Shown piece by piece: positions 54,940 to 64,000 of a DNA stretch of 64,000 nucleotides (within the stretch, counting starts at the first letter, position 1; each line of letters starts with the position of its first letter). The position numbers were made by a program, and so were the translations under genes. The DNA comes from Eledone cirrhosa (lineage: Eukaryota), in NCBI GenBank assembly GCA_964016885.1, contig OZ024742.1, forward strand, positions 19,220,001 to 19,284,000, read 5' to 3'. The notes under the pieces were generated by a model. The model was not told where the DNA came from, made no database searches, and worked only from the letters and a program-made list of their open reading frames with translations.

Positions 54940-56864
54940 TTAGTAATAATTGTGCAGTAAAAACCACAGTGAGATATAATCTTATCTTAATTATTCCAGT
55001 TATGTTGTATTTATTTAGGCTGAGTTCCATTGACGTAAACCACTTTCTTGTCTTAATGCCGATCTCTGGGTGGGGTGATGATTTACCAAACTGTTGTGGT
55101 ACTTTCTTATCACACAACTGCAGTAATGATAACATTATGTCAACACCTTCAAATAACATGCAACTGTGTTGACATGCTGGAACAATTGCTTTTAAATATA
55201 TCATTTCCCTAAACAATAATTTCGTTTTCTTATTTAACCCTGATATTCTAAACATTCCGTACTCGACAATAATAATTTATCTGACGTTTGTATTTAGAAA
55301 ATTAAGAAAATTAACTAAAATCTTATCGAGACCTATATTTAAAAGATTACACATACAGAACAATATAATGCTAACAGATTACATATATACTATAGATACA
55401 TTCCATTAGCTGCGTGTATCCAGTGTAAAAGAAATACACCATGTCTCTGTATATCGCAAGAAGCGATTATGACGCTTTGGCACCAGAAAGGACATCCGGT
55501 TGTAAAACATCACCTCAAACAGAATCATACGATAAATATGAAGCTTTGCTTTAACCTGGAAAATGACCTTGCTGTACTCTTGGGTTTCAAATAATTGTCC
55601 TGTCCGCTGCTTATTAATTTTTTAGATTTTTTTTCGAGCCCCCGTCCCCCGCACTTATTCTTTCATGCTTTTCTATCCATGCCGCTGACCTTAACATGGG
55701 CGAGGTCGAGGCGCTGCGATTTCAGGTCTTCATCAATTTATTTCGCCCTTGTCTTCTGTACGCTGCACTGGTTCTCCAGTGTTGGGTCGCTGCGTGACAA
55801 AAGTTTTTGTGGTATATAACCGTAGGAGAGTATTGTAGTAAAAGTAAAAAAGAGAACGAGAATGTAGAGAGTTCAGTAAGGTGAAAGAGGAAGCTCTTTC
55901 ATTGCAGGTTTGCTACAGCCGTTCAATGACTGTATCGGTTACACATGAGTGGTTCCAGATGCATGCAGACGACAAGGATATATACACTGTTTAGGATATG
56001 ATAATCTTGGTGCATCCAGAGATTGAGGGCAGCCATGAAATATAACACCACACACAGTCGATCGTTTCCTTGTATGTAGGTCACCTTCATTCAGACGACA
56101 TGGAGACAAACTTCTCCCCGTATGCTAGACATAACCAAGGAGTGATTAAAGCTGTCATATTTGAAATTTATGTAATTTAACATGAACAGGCAGGTTGTAA
56201 TTTTTAAAATACTAAAATGAGTTTCAAGGTGGTGATCGAATTTGTAGCGTCGATAGAGCGTTTGAAAGAGTGCTTTGTGGCATTCGTTACGCCTTTTGTA
56301 CTCTGAGTTCAAATCCCGCTGAGGTCAACTTTGCTGTTCATCTGTTAAAGATCGATATTGTACCAGTCCAGTACTGAAGACTATTCTACAGCTCTTTCCC
56401 ACTTCTCTCTCTTCTTCTCACTTCTCTCTCTTCTTCTGTCCCTGTCTCTCTCTCCCTGTCTCTGAAACAAATCAGCTGTGTTCAGACCTGAAGTGGGGTG
56501 GGCTCCATCAGGTTTAAAATACCCAAGAAACGCCCTACCACTCTACCAGGAGTGTCGGATCCCTATATACAGACAAAATGAGTTTCAAAAGACGAAGATC
56601 TATACTAATTCTGAATCTAGTGCCATGCATTTAAACAGGAAGACAGGGACCTAGTCAAGACCTTTCCTATATACTCTTAAGAGGCGACTCCCATAGAACT
56701 AGATATATATCTTATATTTTAGGCATGTGATTAATATAGAAGGCTGCAATAGTGATAACATGTGACTGTATCTGTTGTTTACTTCCTAAACTGTAAGACC
56801 TACATTTAAATCCCAAGTGTACATACTCGATATTCCCACTGATATTTTATTTTAAATATCCTAA

Positions 56865-57083
56865 GAGCGGTGGATTGGCAGTATCGGTAGAGCGTGGCAC
56901 AACATACTTCATGGCGTAGAGTTACGGCCTTTTACGTTCTGAGTTCAAATATTGTCGAGGTTAGCCTTACCTTTCATCCTTACTCGGTTGATAAATAAAG
57001 AACCAGTAATGTACTGGGGTCGATTTAGTCGACTTTCCCCTACTCCAAAATTGTTGGCTCTGTGCTTATATCAGAAACCAATA
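56865..57083 (+). mobile_element. Full-length SINE (another fragment at 56255-56378)
   Basis: GCGGTGGATTGGCAGTATCGGTAGAG..GAGTTCAAAT..CCTTTCATCC..AGAAACC. Confidence 0.85.
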
Positions 57084-57631
57084 TCTTATAAACACCAGGT
57101 TGAGTTAAGAAATTCAATTTGAAATGTGAATGACTCTAATAATATGTGATCAATATAAAATAAGAGTTGAGAAATAAGTACACCTGAAGATGGATTAAGG
57201 TGTCCCTCGCAGGTACCTCAGTTTTTCCCCTAACTCTCCGGGTACTTAACCCGATTATTATAGCTATTATTTTATACTCATCAACTATTCTTATATTCAT
57301 TAACATTTGGGCGACTACACACTTGTTTTTTCTCCCCTTTTTTACATTTTCCCCGTTCCTTCCTCTTCGCACTCTTTTCTTTCTGTTTATCTTCTATTTC
57401 TAACGAAGGACTAGTCTCCGAAACGTTAAGAATCTCTTCCTGCTATTTGAAGCGTTAAAATAATATATTTCTTCTATGTACTGTGTCGTTTTGCTTTGTT
57501 ATTTCTGTTTACATTTTACATATATATGTCCTGTTACATTCCTCCTATAGCTAGACATATTAACTGACCAAACAAGATTTCTTTTGAATGAAACAGATAT
57601 AGTCCTGTAGAAGCCATTTCTATTCTAAACA

Positions 57632-57675
<44 letters not shown>

Positions 57676-57714
57676 AGGATGAATATAAAATGAAAGTGCT
57701 TTTTTTAAAAAGGA

Positions 57715-57855
57715 ATTTATTAGGTATTGACATATGTTTCTGTAACAGACGGAATACCTATGTATCGCTGCTTGCGTAATCATATAATGTTAGCAAGTAT
57801 TCGATAGCAAATGTATAATCAGTTGTCACTTCTTCAGAGATTTTGGATAAATTGG
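57715..57855 (-). ncRNA. Possible hammerhead in the pseudo-LTR (second copy 60823-60962)
   Basis: CTGAAGA agtgaca..tgttaca GAAA catatg TC with palindromic stem III ACATATGT, but proximal stem I is poor and a competing hairpin exists. Confidence 0.4.
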
Positions 57856-58310
57856 ATAAAATCAGAAAAATTGAAGTATTTATATTAGTAATAGAGGAAG
57901 AAAAAGAGGGGATAGTATATGACAGATGGTAAATTAATTTACTGCTAAACAAGTATATAATGGGTTTCTAATGAGAATACCATGAGTAAATCTAAATAAG
58001 AATTTTGGGAGTGCCAATTTTAATCTCTACTTGACCAATTGGACAGTGGACAGGGCTGGTCATTTGGTGCAGTAGTATTAATTATAAAGTGTCAATTGGG
58101 GAAGGGGGAGATTTCGATTGCTACTAAATAACATCAATGCTAGTAGCCAGCTGGTATATGCATTAGGGAATTGAATCAAGAAATCAGAAATCTCATTTTA
58201 TCTATAGCAGTTTATATTAAAAGGTAAATAATAGAAGAGTTGATAGAATTAAGACTAATAAAGAATGTTAATATCTATTTTGACAATCAAACGGAGATAG
58301 AGACAGGCGT

Positions 58311-60622
58311 TCAATCCTGGTAGTATTTATAATATGAAAATGTAGATTTTAAGCGATGGTTACAGTATAACGATCGCTCTATTCTGTTATTTAATAAAAT
58401 GTTTTTGGATTTCATAATACAAAATAATTCTACATTACATAATTTACAAAATTCCTGTTCATGGGAATATGGGGGGGGGGGCAGCCGCTATTATATCCCA
58501 TTTTAGGTGAAATTGTTGGTTATTTTCACGCAGCTGCCAAGCCTTGTCTGCGAGTGTTGTTACATAACGCTGGTTTTCATGTTTTATCGAGTAACGATGT
58601 CTATAAAGGCGTGATTTGAAGGAGGTGGCTGTAGATCCCACATAGTACCACTTCTGTCTATCCGATTCGATAGTACATTTGTATACGATGTTGCGTTCAA
58701 GACACTGATTGTTCAACGGACACATTCCTGGTTGGACACAGTTGCAATTATAATTTTGCGTTGTTGTATTGCCATGGATGGGTTGATGAGGTTGCTTATG
58801 TAGGACAGGATGTTGTTTGTTGTTTTGTGATGTTATAGCTAATGTTTTACGTGTATTGTTATGTGTTGGAAGGCGTTTATACAACCGTTTTGCGTTAAGC
58901 TTTTTTATATGTTGTTCAATATTAGGGGCGGTTGAATATGAAAGTCGAATAGTGTTAGGGTTTAAGATTTTATTATATTTATGTGATGTTGGAAAGTGTT
59001 TTTTAACTAATCGAAAGAATTTTGAGGGTAGATTGGTTTTAATAGAGTTGTTATAGACCGGGTTGTACCAAATATACTCCTTACATCGCCTTCTGTTTGG
59101 TGGTGTGCGACTATTATTGTGTCTATTGCGGTAGTGTATGTATGGTGGTGATTTTGTGCTATTTCTACTCCTATGGGATTTATTTTGGGTGTTTTGGTGA
59201 TCTTCGACTATATACTCTATATTATCTAGGTGACCGGCTTTCCTAAGTGCATCATCATAATATTCGGCATGTTCTTTGAAGGTCTGTTGGTTGGACGACA
59301 GGCGGGAGATTCTAAGAGAAACATTTCTAGGGATGGATTTAATTATAGAGAGTGGATGGTTAGAACTCGTATTTACATATTTAAGGTTCTCATTTAGTTT
59401 ATGGAACGGTTTAATCGTATCTGTATTGAGATTCAAAGTAACATCAAGGAAATTGACCTCTTTGAGGTTATATTCAAATGTAATATTTAATCCTAGTTCC
59501 TTAAAAAGCTTTCTGATATTTTTACGCATCCTTTCTAAAATATGCTTAACTAATAGGAGCGCATCGTCACGGTAGATTCCACCGTGGAGATCCTTGAATT
59601 TTCCTTGTAATCTGTGGGTGATATAAATTCCCACAAGATCTGTTACTTCCGCCGAATCATTAGAACCCATAGTGATATCAAAATTAGAAGGTCTATCTTT
59701 GCGAACCCAGTAGCTATCATCGAATTTAACTATAGTTTTCCTCGCTTCCATAATAATTTTTATTTCAGCATCCGTAAGGTCGGAATTATCCTTAGCGAAC
59801 GAAAGAGCTTCATGTAGAGTATCAGGTGAAATTGAGGAATAATATTCATCAATATCAAACTGAATAAATTTTGATTTTTTCTTATCAGTAATGTTATTAA
59901 ACCATCTTATTGCTTCATGAGTGTTACCCCATAGTTTAATCTCTACTTTAACCTTAACTTGGGGGATAATTCTGTCTAGTATATATTTGCTAATTTTGCC
60001 TATATCAGATTTAGAGGGGCATATAAGTCTAATATTAGGGTTAGTATCGAAGTTTACCTTGTGGTCCTTCAGGTTGAAGCATGGTATAGCTGGTGTTAAG
60101 GGTTGCGTTCTATCGTCAATACAAAGTTTTTTTAACAATTTCACATGCCGAGTTGTTGATGTTTTTAAGTGTAGCTTCATTAGTTTTCCTGTATTTTTTA
60201 TGCAATTCCTTACGGATGAAGTTATTGTAAGTGTCCACATCCATGGTATATACGTTTGATGTTTTGTCTGCTCTAACAATAATTCCATTGGCGTTTTTTA
60301 GATTATTGAGCAGTGCCGTGATGTCATTCTATAGTTTATTGTTCTTCCGTTTTGTAAATTTGATCTCCATGATCATATCCATTAGGTCTTGTTCAAATGC
60401 ATCCAAAAGTGGGTTTGAGGGTGGGTTCTTGTAAGATTTAAATCCAAATTTATCCTTGTTAAGATCCGATGTTTGGTTTATACGGCTTTTGTCAAAATGG
60501 AATGTTTTCCATCTGATTCGTCGAATAAAATCATTGGTCCTTCGTATCATACCTAGAATATATTCCCTTTTTGCCTGAATAGGTATGTTTTTTAACGACA
60601 TATCCAATTGGTGCCTTTCCAT
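58311..60622 (-). pseudogene. PLE reverse transcriptase + C-terminal GIY-YIG endonuclease, with one in-frame stop and two homopolymer frameshifts
   Basis: SLKNIP, IVRADKT, IRLICP, FDIDEYYSSI, MGSNDSAE, IYRDD, VNFLDV, SSNHP, CNC..CPL..C, IVYKC..YYVGST..FKSRLYRH. After the G-run (58471-58482) it continues CKLCNVE..LNNRIE..CNH to TGA at 58311. TAG at 60329; A-run shift near 60130. Confidence 0.93.
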
Positions 60623-62636
60623 TTTAGAGGCGTATACTGAATTAGTTGCTCAACTGTATAGGAGATTAATAAAATTTCAGGTTATCAATAATGTAGTGAT
60701 AATATATCGTTACGTTAGAGATGAACAGCGTACGTGCAGGTTTGCTCAACGAGTATAAATTATATTCCGGAGAAAATGTAGAAAGGATGAATATAAAATG
60801 AAAGTGCTTTTTTTTAAAAAGGAATTTATTAGGTATTGACATATGTTTCTGTAACAGACGGAATACCTATGTATCGCTGCTTGCGTAATCATATAATGTT
60901 AGCAAGTATTCGATAGCAAATGTATAATCAGTTGTCACTTCTTCAGAGATTTTGGATAAATTGGATAAAATCAGAAAAATTGAAGTATTTATATTAGTAA
61001 TAGAGGAAGAAAAAGAGGGGATAGTATATGACAGATGGTAAATTAATTTACTGCTAAACAAGTATATAATGGGTTTCTAATGAGAATACCATGAGTAAAT
61101 CTAAATAAGAATTTTGGGAGTGCCAATTTTAATCTCTACTTGACCAATTGGACAGTGGACAGGGCTGGTCATTTGGTGCAGTAGTATTAATTATAAAGTG
61201 TCAATTGAGGAAGTGGGAGATTTCGATTGCTACTAAATAACATCAATGCTAGTAGCCAGCTGGTATATGCATTAGGGAATTGAATCAAGTAATCAGAAAT
61301 CTCATTTTATCTATAGCAGTTTATATTAAAAGGTAAATAATAGAAGAGTTGATAGAATTAAGACTAATAAAGAATGTTAATATCTATTTTGACAATCAAA
61401 CGGAGATAGAGACAGGCGTTCAATCCTGGTAGTATTTATAATATGAAAATGTAGATTTTAAGCGATGGTTTCAGTATAATAAAATGTTTTTGGATTTCAT
61501 AATACAAAATAATTCTACATTACATAATTTACAAAATTCCTGTCCATGGCCGTCATTTATCTGGTTCCTTTGATATGTCACCTGTCAATCAAAGTTGTTT
61601 CTTTTAGCAGAATTACTGCTGTATGAAGTAAGGGGTTGTATGGTTGAAACGCTCGCACCCTGCTGCAGCCTTCCCGGCCTGTAGACACCCACACCCATGT
61701 CCATGTTTCGCGCAGGCGTGATACATATGGGCACCTATACACACACAACAATCACATACACACCCGCAACTGTATTATATGCGACAATCACAGTAAATAT
61801 TAAATGTGCCGCGAATAATTGGAAACAATTTTTAAACAATAGAAAAACATTTCAAAAAACGTTTCAGAAAAACACACCCTCAAAATACCTTAAAAAACAC
61901 ATTTAAAAAAAAACTTTAAAAAGAACATTTTAAAAAAATGCTTGAAAGAGCCAGAAAAACACAGCCTCAAAATATCTTAAAAAACACATTAAAAAAAAAC
62001 CTTTAAAAAGAACATTTAAAAATAATGCTTGAAAGAGCCTGTCAAAAAAAATTATTTCAAAAGTATTTCTGAAAAATATACATACGTATATATACACACA
62101 CACACTGTACTCAGGAAAGTATATATACCTAAGACGCATATACTTGAAACAATACATATGGATGCACATATATATAGATGAAAAAACGGAAAATATACAC
62201 ATACATAAGCATAGGGTTATATAAGATATAGAAGGACTGAAGATCCAAGGGACTGAGTAAGAATCTGCACATCAACCATGCACATGAGACAGATTTCATG
62301 ACAATATAAGTCTGATTTTGTTTACAACCTTATCTGTGGTTTTGAATTTTAATTTTAATTTTAATTTTCGATTTTTGATGTTTAATTTGCAATTTTAATG
62401 TTGGAATTGATGTTGGATTTAAGGTTAATGTTGAGGTTAATTCTAACTTTTCCTGCCGTTGCTATATACATGCCTACAACACAAGCCGGAGAAACGATTG
62501 TAATATGTCTAATACATTTTTATTCGTCGCACCACTGATTCTCCGTTTCTTATATGATATTATACTCTGCTCTGTAAGAGCATCGAGTGCTCAAACGGCT
62601 TACCGCATACGGACGCTTTAAGCATCCCACACCAAT

Positions 62637-62701
<65 letters not shown>

Positions 62702-62722
62702 GTATGTGTGTATGTATGTATG

Positions 62723-62756
<34 letters not shown>

Positions 62757-62874
62757 TGTATATAATGCGCACGCAAGTGTTGGTACAAGCGAAAGAAATC
62801 AGCAATCATCACACAATGTGAAAGTTGAAAGCAATTTTAAGTCAATCTCTCTCTCTATATATATATATATATGG

Positions 62875-63353
62875 AATAGAATGAAACGAAATTTCATTTC
62901 TCACTTTTAGTACGGCAGTTACTTAAATGTAAGTATGTATGTATACATACATACATATATGTATACAGACGTACAGTAGTATGTATATATATACATACAT
63001 GCACACATATATATATATGCACGTATCGGTTTACCGAACATTTATTATAATGTTCGGTTTGTAAACAAACAAACAGCCCGAATTACGCCGTACAGTGTTT
63101 AGGCAACCACGTCACCTTTTTGTTCAACACAGGAACGATGTACTAGTTTCAAGCTTATTAGCTATCATCAGCATCGTATACCTTCCTGCCAGATGGTTGA
63201 ATGTCTGAAAGTATATACTTTCCTTATGCAAACAAATCGAACATTATAATAAATGTTCGGTAAACCGATACGTGCATGTATATATGTGTGCATGTATGTA
63301 TATATATATACATACTACTGTACGTCTGTATACATATATGTATGTACGTATAC

Positions 63354-63357
<4 letters not shown>
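62875..63357. mobile_element. Family A copy with an inverted junction
   Basis: Minus 62875-63228, then plus 63229-63357. Confidence 0.8.
63136..63176 (-). ncRNA. Minimal type I hammerhead ribozyme, family A
   Basis: cgatg CTGATGA tagct-aata-agctt GAAA ctag TA catcg; perfect 5-bp stem I. Confidence 0.82.
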
Positions 63358-63423
<66 letters not shown>

Positions 63424-63866
63424 CAGAGAGAGATCGTGGTGCTGAGACTGAGAAGACCACTAATCATTTGAGTATTCGATACATGCGACGATGCAGTGTG
63501 GTATAGAGATATGTAAAATCCAGACCGCGCCACCAAGCGGTTTCGGCTTGTGTGTACAGCAAGGATTGCGGTCGGAATTCTACATATCTCTCTCTATATA
63601 ATATATGTAATATATGTATATATAATCTATCTCTGGCTAAATTTTATTTTAAGTGGTAACATTCCTGTGACAATTTTCTTTAGGTATTAAAAAACATTAT
63701 GTGTGTCAAAAGAAGGTACATTACTAGAAATCCCATACGTTATCAAATAAATAGGATGGATTAAGGTATATAAACGAAACGAATAATTCTGTTTTTTTTT
63801 AAATCAACGGAGACAAGTTACTGATCCACCCCTGCTCTTAATCACCCCCCCCCCCCCTATTATTTA

Positions 63867-64000
63867 TCTATATATATAAAGTTGTAGTTCCTGTCTGTTT
63901 GTTTGTTTGTTTGTTCACGAAGTCCTCATATGGTTTTGGAGATAGACCCCCATAATCATATATATTCTGAAACTACATTGCCCCGGGTACTTGGATAACT
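63867..64000 (+). mobile_element. Possible 5' end of a non-autonomous Helitron-like element
   Basis: A|TCTATATATATAAA followed by (GTTT)n, a common Helitron 5' pattern; runs off the window. Confidence 0.4.

Larger units (their letters stand above)
57671..61549 (-). mobile_element. Near full-length Penelope-like retroelement with direct pseudo-LTRs, 3' end in (TA)n
   Basis: Near-identical repeats 57671-58464 and 60779-61549 that include the last codons of the ORF; RT + GIY-YIG between them. Confidence 0.95.

Noticed and set aside
60140-60288. N-terminus of the tracked 609-aa ORF (MELLLEQ...)
   Set aside because: Out-of-frame sequence; the true frame there reads IVRADKTSNVY and shifts at the A-run near 60130.

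Overview
Eukaryotic, AT-rich, repeat-saturated DNA with no confidently identifiable host gene. The long (TA)n/(CA)n/(CATA)n arrays and the dominant tRNA-derived SINE suggest an octopus or other cephalopod genome (inference). Recognisable elements are the 5' part of a CR1/L2-type LINE whose PHD-ORF1 and AP-endonuclease are in one open frame (1-2011), about 25 copies of one SINE, RTE and CRE LINE fragments, a Tc1/mariner remnant, an internally deleted Helitron (35330-38965), and two Penelope-like elements (PLEs): a 5'-truncated inverted copy (25025-27908) and a near full-length RT+GIY-YIG copy with pseudo-LTRs (57671-61549). The main signal is a set of at least six unrelated short non-coding families. 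They sit almost always in (TA)n tracts and carry minimal type I hammerhead ribozymes, most with palindromic stem III. At least three are built from tandem or circularly permuted 430-520 nt monomers with one ribozyme per monomer, and inverted copies consistently have both 3' ends facing outward. They look like PLE-mobilised, retrozyme-like circular-RNA parasites lying beside a candidate autonomous helper. Most long ORFs in the supplied track are microsatellite artefacts.
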